Assembly (NCBI GenBank): GCA_029863525.1
Contig: JAOTVL010000004.1
Coordinates: 291 to 64,290 of the forward strand
DNA length: 64,000 bases
Source: Gemmatimonadota bacterium
Lineage (GTDB): Bacteria; Gemmatimonadota; Gemmatimonadetes; Longimicrobiales; Gaopeijiaceae
Direction of reading: 5' to 3'
Program-made: the position numbers and the translations under genes
The notes under the pieces: generated by a model
The model's database searches: none
The model's input: only the letters and a program-made list of their open reading frames with translations
What the model was told of the DNA's origin: nothing
Shown here: positions 1 through 11,142 of the stretch, piece after piece
How positions within the stretch are numbered: the first letter of the stretch is position 1
Layout: every line of letters begins with the position of its first letter

Positions 1-2
1 GG

Positions 3-176
3 CCCGTGTGGTCTCCGGATGGAGAAAGCATCGCCTACGGCGCGGGCTGTGGCGACGTGTGGGTCGTCGCCGCAACGGGGGGGACCGCCACGAACCTCAC
101 CAACGATTGCGGCATTTACGCCCACCTCGATTGGAACCCGATGCCCAACGCTACCGCGGGTGGTGCCGGACGATAG
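3..176 (+). CDS. C-terminal fragment of a PD40/TolB-like beta-propeller repeat protein (5' end lies outside the window)
   Basis: Frame 3 reads PVWSPDGESIAYGAGCGDVWVVAATGGTATNLT...; WSPDG-x-IAY is the PD40 repeat signature. Stop TAG at 174-176. Absent from the ORF track because it has no in-window start. Confidence 0.6.
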   Translation, partial: PVWSPDGESIAYGAGCGDVWVVAATGGTATNLTNDCGIYAHLDWNPMPNATAGGAGR

Positions 177-252
177 GAGGCGGGCGAAGACCGACGAGCC
201 CGTCCCAGCCCCCGTTCGGGGAAAAGCCAGCAGCCGGAAGCCCAGATCCCTG

Positions 253-504
253 TCAGCAGCTCGAGCGAGCTTCCCTCGGCAGATCGCTCACACGGTCTCC
301 GTGCCGCGAATGTCCCTGAGCGGCTGGACTCGCCACTTCCTGCCAGCGGCCTCGGTGACATACCCAGATCCGGTCACCGCCGTCGGCCGTGGCGACGTCC
401 ACAGCGATGATGGTGGGCTCGACCGCGACGGGCACAGAGGCCCGGGCCGAACAGGCCGACAGCACGAGAGCGCTCGTGCCAAGCGCGAGAATGGTCCTGT
501 ACAT
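253..504 (-). CDS. small secreted lipoprotein, function unknown
   Basis: Internal ATG at 504 gives MYRTILALGTSALVLSAC..., a signal peptide with a lipobox (LSAC). The part of the 105-aa ORF upstream of this ATG looks non-coding. Confidence 0.55.
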   Translation of the reverse strand: MYRTILALGTSALVLSACSARASVPVAVEPTIIAVDVATADGGDRIWVCHRGRWQEVASPAAQGHSRHGDRVSDLPREARSSC

Positions 505-657
505 GCTACCCCCCGAAGCTCTTCCGTGAGCGCGTTTGGCCTGGGGGATGTGCCTATTCGACGATGTCACGGGCCGGAGGCGGAAACAACAGTTTCGTTT
601 CGCCCGAACATCTCAGCGTTGGCGCGAACGCGGTGACGCGGTCGATCCGTCTCGAAC

Positions 658-1380
658 CTACTGTTCGAGGTCCTCGAGCTTGGTGAGACTCGAAACGGGA
701 ACCACCCGGAATCCCCGCGCGCGCAGCTCCGGCAGCAACGCTCGGAGCACGTCCGCTGTCCGCGCCCCCCGCTCCGGGCCGTCGTGAAGTATCAGGATGG
801 ATCCGGGGCCGACGAGCTGACGCATGTACCACCTGGCCCACTTCGCGGACGGGACCTGGGCGTCGAACGCGTACACCGACCCGAGCACCGTCCTGTACCC
901 CAGCCGGGCCGCGTCATCGACCATGCGGTCGTTGTACCATCCCGACGCCGGACGGAAGACATCGCTCCCGCCGAAATCTGCGAGAATCTCGTCCATCTCC
1001 TCGAAGCGAGTCCGAAACGTCTCGACGGGCAGATCGATCGAGGGCTCGTCGACCATCATGTGGTGTCCCAGCTCGTGGCCCTCCGCGACGAGGCGACGAG
1101 TCAGGTCGGGATATTCGCGCACGCGGTCGCCGATGACGAAGAACGTCGCGTGAGCGTCGTTTTCGGCGAGCACTTCCAGGATCTCGGGCGTGGCGGCCGA
1201 GGGGCCGTCGTCGATCGTGAGCGCGACCACGGGCTGCGCCGTCCCCACATAGAACAGCACCTCAGGTGACGCCTCGCGCTGCCACTCCATCACCAAGGTC
1301 GGCAGCACCGTGACCGCGGACCCGACGGCCGTGATGCCGAAGACGATGGCGAAGAGTATACCCATGAGAAGTGGGTACAC
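658..1380 (-). CDS. polysaccharide deacetylase (NodB homology domain) with N-terminal membrane anchor
   Basis: 240 aa. N-terminal TM helix, then the NodB motifs TIDDGPS, FFVIG, HELGHH and ILHDG. Confidence 0.9.
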   Translation of the reverse strand: MYPLLMGILFAIVFGITAVGSAVTVLPTLVMEWQREASPEVLFYVGTAQPVVALTIDDGPSAATPEILEVLAENDAHATFFVIGDRVREYPDLTRRLVAEGHELGHHMMVDEPSIDLPVETFRTRFEEMDEILADFGGSDVFRPASGWYNDRMVDDAARLGYRTVLGSVYAFDAQVPSAKWARWYMRQLVGPGSILILHDGPERGARTADVLRALLPELRARGFRVVPVSSLTKLEDLEQ

Positions 1381-1524
1381 GGGCCACGGTCGTTGGGGTT
1401 CATGGCTTCGATTCCCGGAGCCAGAGGGTCGCTCTCCGGCGGGCCGTGGTTCGACGTGGCGCCCGGGCTCACCTACCGTGAGGGCTCCAATTGGAGCAGC
1501 CCTGGAACGGGAGCGAGTGACGGA

Positions 1525-2913
1525 ATGACGTCCAGGGACGACGCGGGCGAGAGAGCCGGGCGGCTAGGTGCGTGGCAGAGGGCGCGTGACCATGCGCACC
1601 AGACGCCCGCCGGGCGCGACCGCTACATCGACCTGCTGCGGGCCCTCTCGATCATCGTGGTCGTGATCGGGCACTGGCTCATGGCGGCTCCCACGGTGGA
1701 AAGCGGCCTGCGGTTCACCCTCTCCGACATGCTTCGCGTTGCGCCCTGGACGCAGTGGCTCACCTGGATCTTCCAGGTCATGCCCATCTTCTTCGTCGTG
1801 GGCGGCTATGCCAACGCAGCCTCCTGGGAGTCGGCCCGCCGGTCCGGCCTTGGCTACGAAGCTTGGCTGTCCCGCCGACTCCAGCGCCTCGTCCGCCCGG
1901 TGCTTCCGTTCCTCCTCGCGTGGTGTGCGCTGGGGCTCGCCGCCCGGTCGTTCGGACTGGGTCGCGAGTTCGTGCGGGCCGGCTCTCAGTTGGCGTTTCT
2001 ACCCACCTGGTTCCTCGCCGTGTACGTGCTCGTGGTGGTCTTGGCGCCGACGATGCACAGCTCCTGGCGACGCTTCGGTATGGCTTCGTTCTGGGCTCTG
2101 GTGTTGGGCGCGGCCGTGGTCGATGCGGTCTCGCGCTCGAGCGGGGTCGATGCGGTCCTCGGGATCAACTACGTCTTCGTTTGGCTGGCTCTGCATCAAC
2201 TCGGATTCGCGTGGAGGGACGACACCCTCTCCGAGCCCATACGGGCGGCCTCGTTCGCACTCGGAGGGCTCGCTGGGCTCGTGGTGCTCGTGGGCTTAGC
2301 CTCCTATCCGGTCAGCATGGTCACCGTACCCGGTGGCACCGCGGCCAACAGCACTCCGCCGTCGCTCGCCCTGCTGCTTCTGGGCGTGACCCACGTAGGG
2401 CTGGCCATGTTGATCGCGGGTCCGGTGCGCAGACTGCTCCAACGGCCCGCGGTGTGGACGGCCACCGTATTCATCAACGGAGTGATCATGACGCTCTACC
2501 TGTGGCATGTAACGGTCATGATCCTTCTCGTGGGGATCGCCGAATGGCCTGGCGGCGTGGGACTCAAGTTCGTGCCGAACACGACCGCCTGGTGGGCCAC
2601 GCGGCCCGTCTGGCTCCTGGTCCTGCTCGTCGTCACGGCCGGTTTCGTGTGGGTTTTCGGACCGGTCGAGGCTCAGCCCGTACGGCGTACGGTGCGGCCC
2701 CCGGCGTGGAGGAGTGTCGTGGGAGCCGTCGCCGTGTGCGTCGGGCTGCTCGCCCTGGCAGAGAGCGGGATCGGTGGGCAAGGCGCTCTCGGCCTTCGAC
2801 TCGGGCCGGTGCTGTTGACTCTTTGTGGGGCGCTGCTCGTCACCGTGATGGGCGGACGACAGGACGACCGAGCCTCGGCGGAGGAGCCTAGTCGAGAAGC
2901 GTTCGGACGCTGA
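1525..2913 (+). CDS. membrane acyltransferase family 3 (O-acyltransferase)
   Basis: RYIDLLRALSIIVVVIGHW motif and about 10 predicted TM helices. The ATG at 1525 is preferred over the GTG at 1393; the start is uncertain. Confidence 0.8.
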   Translation: MTSRDDAGERAGRLGAWQRARDHAHQTPAGRDRYIDLLRALSIIVVVIGHWLMAAPTVESGLRFTLSDMLRVAPWTQWLTWIFQVMPIFFVVGGYANAASWESARRSGLGYEAWLSRRLQRLVRPVLPFLLAWCALGLAARSFGLGREFVRAGSQLAFLPTWFLAVYVLVVVLAPTMHSSWRRFGMASFWALVLGAAVVDAVSRSSGVDAVLGINYVFVWLALHQLGFAWRDDTLSEPIRAASFALGGLAGLVVLVGLASYPVSMVTVPGGTAANSTPPSLALLLLGVTHVGLAMLIAGPVRRLLQRPAVWTATVFINGVIMTLYLWHVTVMILLVGIAEWPGGVGLKFVPNTTAWWATRPVWLLVLLVVTAGFVWVFGPVEAQPVRRTVRPPAWRSVVGAVAVCVGLLALAESGIGGQGALGLRLGPVLLTLCGALLVTVMGGRQDDRASAEEPSREAFGR

Positions 2914-2931
2914 GCGGCCGCTACCGGCGTG

Positions 2932-6552
<3,621 letters not shown>

Positions 6553-6567
6553 CTCAGCGTATTCGGA

Positions 6568-7605
6568 TCATGCAGCACCGACGTGAGTCGGCATTGCACG
6601 AAAGGATGAAAGCTCGAGGGCGTCCACTGGAAGGAACACTTCCTCCCAATGCCGGACGACCGCAACCTCTGCGAAATCCAGGTCGGTCGGCCAGGCCGTC
6701 CAGCCCGACACTGCCAGCAAGGCCATGTGAGGCATGTCGACCCCGGCCCGAACCGTCAGGGGCATGGTCCCGGGAAAACGGGGGTTCACCTCGAGCAGGC
6801 CGAGTCGGCCGCGCTCATCGCGTCGGAACTGGATGTTGGCGACGAAGCGGAGACCAATGCGTTGGGCGACCGCTCGTGCCATCGCTTCGAGCTCGGGGTC
6901 GTGGACGGTTCGAGCGGCGACGGCAACACCCGAATCGACCTTGAGACGAACGCGCGGGACAGTGGCTCGGACCTGCCCGTCCTGATCGGCGAAGACGTCG
7001 ACGCTGTATTCCTCGCCCGGCAGGTACTCCTGCACCAAGTGGGAGCCGTCACGATGGATCTCCGCGAGATCGCGCTCCGATCGAACGAGGCGCACCCCCC
7101 GTCCCCCACTGCCCGAGCGCGGCTTGACGATGAAGGGAAACGTCCAGTCATCGCTATCGAAAGCTGGGTCGAGCGCCGCGGAGCGCGGGGCGGGGATGAT
7201 GTCCTCGCACGCCCGGGCCAGTGCCAACTTGTCGAGGCAAAGCCGAAGGGTGTCGAGGTCGGCCAATACCAGTCGGGTCCCGTGACGCTGCATGTGCTCC
7301 GCGATTTCCGCCAACGGGATCAGCTCCGAGTCGACCGTCGGGATGAGAACCTCGATCCGCATCGAACGGCACAGCTCGGCCATGTGTTTCGCGAAGTCCG
7401 GATCGTCACCCCGGGGAAGGAGCACACGCTGCTCATGACCGACGAGGTAGAGGCCGGCGGCGTGGGGGTCGACATCGCCCGCGAATAGGAGATGACCCTC
7501 GTGGGTGAGGCTCCGGAGCACGGAGATCGCGGCCGCGCCACCCGCTCCCGTGACCAGGACCCGAAGGCGATCGTCCGGCGGCGAGACGTCTGTCGTATGA
7601 GTCAT
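6568..7605 (-). CDS. ATP-grasp family ligase (substrate unknown)
   Basis: 345 aa. N-terminal Rossmann-like VLVTGAGGAAAISVLRSL. ATP-grasp core FIVKPRSGSGGRGV...VQEYLPGEEYSVDV...LLEVNPRF. Confidence 0.8.
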   Translation of the reverse strand: MTHTTDVSPPDDRLRVLVTGAGGAAAISVLRSLTHEGHLLFAGDVDPHAAGLYLVGHEQRVLLPRGDDPDFAKHMAELCRSMRIEVLIPTVDSELIPLAEIAEHMQRHGTRLVLADLDTLRLCLDKLALARACEDIIPAPRSAALDPAFDSDDWTFPFIVKPRSGSGGRGVRLVRSERDLAEIHRDGSHLVQEYLPGEEYSVDVFADQDGQVRATVPRVRLKVDSGVAVAARTVHDPELEAMARAVAQRIGLRFVANIQFRRDERGRLGLLEVNPRFPGTMPLTVRAGVDMPHMALLAVSGWTAWPTDLDFAEVAVVRHWEEVFLPVDALELSSFRAMPTHVGAA

Positions 7606-7614
7606 GATGGCTCC

Positions 7615-8658
7615 TCAGGCGCTGCGGCGGATGACCTCGAGGGGCTCCACCACGCGATAATCGGAGAAGCGCCCCCAGTACGAAGCCGTCGAGCGTAGGT
7701 GGCTCGGCTCCAGGTAGGGACGGATGCTCGCCTGCGACGCGAAGAGCCCGATGATGTCCAGCTTGCGGTCCATCTGTTCCTCGACATCCACGAAGAGCGA
7801 CGGGCGGAAGTCGACCGTCGTGGACGGCGACTGATAGCAGTAGACGTTGGGTACGCCCCGCGCGGCGACCATCGTGGCCGCGTGCACCGCCCGGTGGTCC
7901 TGGTGCGCGTCGTGGGCCGTGTGCGTGTAGATGATCGACGGGTGGAAGTCTCTCAGCACCGACTCGATGGCCGAGATGGTCTCCGGTCCTGGGCTGATCG
8001 AGCGATCCGGCAGGTCGAACATGCGCAGCTCCGCGCCAAGCGCTCTCGCGGCCTCTCGCGATTCCTTGTGACGAATGTCGGGAGCGCCACCGGCCTCTCC
8101 CCCGGTCAGGGTCACGACGATGACGTCGTCTCCGTGCCGGGAATGGTTGAGCAGGATCCCGCCGCAGCCGATCTCGACGTCGTCGGGGTGGGCGCCGATG
8201 GCGACGACGACCTCCTTCGGACGGGCGTTCGCCTTCTGTCGGCTCTTCTCGAGCAGTTCGTCCAGCTTCTGCTGGAGCGTCGCTCTGCGCATGGGCTTGA
8301 CCAAGAAGTCGTCGGCCTGCCCTCGGATTGCCCTGAGCGCGTAGTCGAACTTCTTGTGCGCGGTCACCATCAGGACGGGCGCCTGCGGTTGAAGCTTCTT
8401 GCACAGCTCGAGGATCTCCAACCCGCTCATGCCGGGAAGATCGATGTCGCTGACGACGATGTCCCAGTGGACACCCGACCTGAGGAATGCTTCCGCGGAA
8501 TACCCGGACGCGGCGTGCGTGACCTCGTAGCGATCGGTGATCTCCATCCACCGGCTCATGGCGCGCGCCTGCGATTCGTCGTCTTCGATGAGAAGGACGC
8601 GGGCCGGGTCGGGGACCGCCTTGGCCGCTCTTGTCTCGGCTTGAATCGTACTGAGCAT
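7615..8658 (-). CDS. response-regulator receiver domain fused to a PIG-L/LmbE-family N-acetylglucosaminyl deacetylase
   Basis: REC: VLLIEDDESQ...VVSDIDLPGMSG...LVKP. LmbE: VVAIGAHPDDVEIGCGG...HQDHRAVH. The ATG at 8658 has a GAGGA about 10 nt upstream. The track start at 8727 would overlap the sigma-54 promoter. Confidence 0.88.
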   Translation of the reverse strand: MLSTIQAETRAAKAVPDPARVLLIEDDESQARAMSRWMEITDRYEVTHAASGYSAEAFLRSGVHWDIVVSDIDLPGMSGLEILELCKKLQPQAPVLMVTAHKKFDYALRAIRGQADDFLVKPMRRATLQQKLDELLEKSRQKANARPKEVVVAIGAHPDDVEIGCGGILLNHSRHGDDVIVVTLTGGEAGGAPDIRHKESREAARALGAELRMFDLPDRSISPGPETISAIESVLRDFHPSIIYTHTAHDAHQDHRAVHAATMVAARGVPNVYCYQSPSTTVDFRPSLFVDVEEQMDRKLDIIGLFASQASIRPYLEPSHLRSTASYWGRFSDYRVVEPLEVIRRSA

Positions 8659-8710
8659 GGGTAGTCGTCCTCGTGGTGTTGCTGTGGGGGGTTGTTTGGT
8701 CAGACCCAAA

Positions 8711-8726
8711 AGCAACTGCCGTGCCA
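8711..8726 (-). promoter_or_regulatory. sigma-54 (-24/-12) promoter reading into the REC::PIG-L / ATP-grasp / hybrid-kinase operon
   Basis: Minus strand reads TTGGCACGGCAGTTGCT, which matches TGGCACG-N4-TTGCW with correct GG/GC spacing. It lies about 55 nt upstream of the ATG at 8658. Confidence 0.7.
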
Positions 8727-8738
8727 ATCATTTAAAGT

Positions 8739-8834
8739 AATGCCACACAACGTGTTACATATTTTGTGATGGGAGCCGGAACCCTGGGCTGTCCCGACAT
8801 GATACGTTATATGTTCAATAATGCTACACAGCAT
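8739..8834. promoter_or_regulatory. candidate enhancer/UAS elements between the divergent promoters
   Basis: Direct repeat AATGCCACACA (8739-8749) and AATGCTACACA (8820-8830), 81 bp apart. The second copy lies within the palindrome ATGCT-ACAC-AGCAT (8821-8834). The surrounding DNA is markedly AT-rich. Confidence 0.3.
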
Positions 8835-8949
8835 CAGTAATATGGCCTAGGATAATACAGTTTTGGGCCTGACCGGACAGGGCGCACCACGACAATTTGC
8901 ACGCTTAAGTCTTGTTTTTACAGCGTTTTACCGTCATTATCGCACGGCG

Positions 8950-8964
8950 TGGCATCATGCTTGC
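8950..8964 (+). promoter_or_regulatory. sigma-54 (-24/-12) promoter reading into the PHP / TPR-barrel / NtrC / EAL operon
   Basis: TGGCAT-CATGC-TTGC has correct spacing and one mismatch to TGGCAC-N5-TTGC. It lies about 55 nt upstream of the ATG at 9018. Confidence 0.6.
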
Positions 8965-9017
8965 CAATACAGGGCGATGTTCGAAAACAGTACTGACCCT
9001 TGTTCGTGGACGCGCCC

Positions 9018-9764
9018 ATGCCGACCAGGAAGCACACTTCGCCCCTCGCCGCCGATCACCACGTGCACTCCACCTTTTCGGATGGACGGGGAACCCCGGA
9101 GGACAATCTCTCGGCCGCCCGCGGCGCCGGCCTGGCGCGATTGGGCTTCGTGGATCACGTCCGCGCCGACAGCGGATGGTTGCCCGCCTATACGGCCCAC
9201 ATCCGAGCCCTGGCGGCGACCAGCGAAATCGAAATCACGTGTGGGGTCGAGGCCAAGATCCTCGACCTGGACGGTACGCTCGATCTTCCCGCCGATCTTC
9301 GCGGAATCGATCGGGTCGTGGTCGCCGACCACCAAATGCCTGGCGCGAAGGGACCGATTCGGCCGATCGACGCTCGGATCGCGCTCGAGGCAGGAGCGTT
9401 GACTCGCGGTCGGGTGGTGGATGACCTCGTCACGGCGACCGAGGCAGCGCTGAATCGGCACGAGGGAGTTCTTCTCGCGCATCTGTTCAGCGTCCTGCCC
9501 AAGATGGGCCTCTCGGAGGACGACGTCACAGACGACCACCTGTTCCGGCTCGTCGAGGCCGCATCGCGGTCCGGGGCCGCCGTGGAGGTGAGCGAACGCT
9601 GGCGCTGCCCGACGCTTCGGGTCACCCGCGCTTTCTTCGCCGCCGGTGTCGCGGTCGTCCCGAGCTCCGACGCGCACGAGCCGCGCGCAATCGGCGAGTA
9701 TGACTACGTATCCGACGTCTTCGCCGCGATCCACGGGGACCTCGAGCATGCGGAGGTCGCGTGA
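9018..9764 (+). CDS. PHP-domain metal-dependent phosphoesterase (HisJ/CpsB-like)
   Basis: DHHVHSTFSDG...FVDHVR...ADH motifs. The ATG at 9018 is preferred over the TTG at 9000. The stop overlaps the next gene's GTG (GTGA). Confidence 0.8.
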   Translation: MPTRKHTSPLAADHHVHSTFSDGRGTPEDNLSAARGAGLARLGFVDHVRADSGWLPAYTAHIRALAATSEIEITCGVEAKILDLDGTLDLPADLRGIDRVVVADHQMPGAKGPIRPIDARIALEAGALTRGRVVDDLVTATEAALNRHEGVLLAHLFSVLPKMGLSEDDVTDDHLFRLVEAASRSGAAVEVSERWRCPTLRVTRAFFAAGVAVVPSSDAHEPRAIGEYDYVSDVFAAIHGDLEHAEVA

Positions 9765-11119
9765 GCTCGCTCACGAGGGTCTGCTTCTCGACCGTGATCC
9801 TGATCGGGGCGAACCTGAGCGTCGTCGGTCCGACCGTTGCGGCCCAGGACGCGGACATGGGTGGCTTCGCGGACGTCCATGAAGAGGCTCTACGCTTCGT
9901 GGCAGCCGGCACTCCGGAGCGGGCCCTCGCTCTGCTCAGGTCGGTCGACACGGCCCGCCCGATCCGCGATCCCCAGCTCATCCTGCTCTTCGGGACCCTG
10001 GTGCGCGCTGCCGGCGAACTGGACTCGGCGATCGAGATGTTCGAGCGCGGCCTGGACGCCTCGAGCCCTGAGCAAATCGCCACGGCGTGGACGGAGCTCG
10101 CGGTCACGCGGTCCTGGACCGGGGACTTGCCTGGCGCGGAGGCCGCCTTTCGGTCGGCCCTGGACTCGTCGCCGGAATCGCGGCCCGCGCGGACAGGGCT
10201 CGCCCGGATCCTCCGCTGGCGAGGGGAGACAGCCGAAGCCGAGTCGCTCTACCGCGGCCTGCTCGCGGACGGCGGAGATCCCGTGGAGGCCATGGTAGGC
10301 ATGGGCTTTCTCGCCATCGGCGCCCTCCAGGGACGAGAGGCGATCGCCTGGTTCGACCAGGCACTGGCCCTCGCGCCGGACAACGCTGAGGCGCGCGACG
10401 GCCTCGGTCGGATCCACGATGCACGCAGGCTGGCGCTTCAATGGAGAGTCACCCGTGCCGAGACGGCCACAGGCGTGGGGCGGGCCGAGTGGGTCGTTTC
10501 CGCCGCCTACCGGGTGACTCCCCAGGGCACGGCGTCCGGCACGTTGAACCTCGCCCCCCGTGCCCAGGACGTGGTCGTCAGTGACCCCAACACCGTGACG
10601 TCGACCGTCTTCCATTGGACGGCTTCCATGGGCTGGGCTCAGCAGCTCTCGACCTCATGGAACGCAGCCGCGAGCGTCGAACGCGTCTCGTCCACGTCAG
10701 GGGCAGGCTACCTCGGCACCCTGGAATCGGGGCGCCGACTCAGTAGCGCCTGGAATGCGAGCGCCGGCGCACGGGGCGGTCACCTCCCCGGGGTCGGCTC
10801 CGAGCTAATGGGCTGGGCCGGCGTCACCCGGGTCGGCTCCGCCCGGAGATCAGCCGGCATCACGGCGTTTTACGGATCGGACCTGCGCGGCACCTGGTCG
10901 CGCTCCGCTCTCGTGACGGGGTCCACCGGAATCGGAGACCGGCTCACGGTCCGTGTGGGGGTGGCGAAGGGGTGGACGTCCTCCGTGGGATTCCATGAGG
11001 CGACCATCGCGGGTCGCTGGGGCCTGCACGGCGGACACGAGCTCGTGGCCGAGCTCTTCAGATTCGATGGAGCGTACAGGCGCTCCGGCCTTCGCGTCGG
11101 CGCCAAGATCGGACTTTGA
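9761..11119 (+). CDS. secreted TPR-repeat protein with putative C-terminal outer-membrane beta-barrel (PgaA/YaiO-like architecture)
   Basis: Signal peptide MSSLTRVCFSTVILIGANLSVVGPTVAAQ. TPR-like helical repeats fill the N-terminal half. The C-terminal half is rich in alternating beta-strand-like segments. The barrel assignment is inference. Confidence 0.55.
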   Translation: MSSLTRVCFSTVILIGANLSVVGPTVAAQDADMGGFADVHEEALRFVAAGTPERALALLRSVDTARPIRDPQLILLFGTLVRAAGELDSAIEMFERGLDASSPEQIATAWTELAVTRSWTGDLPGAEAAFRSALDSSPESRPARTGLARILRWRGETAEAESLYRGLLADGGDPVEAMVGMGFLAIGALQGREAIAWFDQALALAPDNAEARDGLGRIHDARRLALQWRVTRAETATGVGRAEWVVSAAYRVTPQGTASGTLNLAPRAQDVVVSDPNTVTSTVFHWTASMGWAQQLSTSWNAAASVERVSSTSGAGYLGTLESGRRLSSAWNASAGARGGHLPGVGSELMGWAGVTRVGSARRSAGITAFYGSDLRGTWSRSALVTGSTGIGDRLTVRVGVAKGWTSSVGFHEATIAGRWGLHGGHELVAELFRFDGAYRRSGLRVGAKIGL

Positions 11120-11142
11120 CCCAACACCAAGGGAGACAGCTC

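Noticed and set aside
560-640. Hairpin GGCGGAAAC...GTTTCGTTTCGCC downstream of the deacetylase gene as a terminator
   Set aside because: The stem is imperfect (bulged) and is not followed by a T-tract on the relevant strand.
8659-8727. Track start codon at 8727 for the REC::PIG-L gene
   Set aside because: It would add 23 non-conserved residues and place the sigma-54 promoter inside the coding region. The ATG at 8658 has a GAGGA upstream and begins just before the receiver domain.
7433-8731. 432-aa minus-strand ORF overlapping the REC::PIG-L gene in another frame. The same applies to the similar long ORFs at 21541-23130, 32241-33677, 36501-38039, 42623-44635 and 60587-62077.
   Set aside because: All are extremely Arg/Gly/Pro/His-rich. 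They lie antisense to, or out of frame with, genes that carry clear family motifs. Open shadow frames of this kind are expected in high-G+C DNA.
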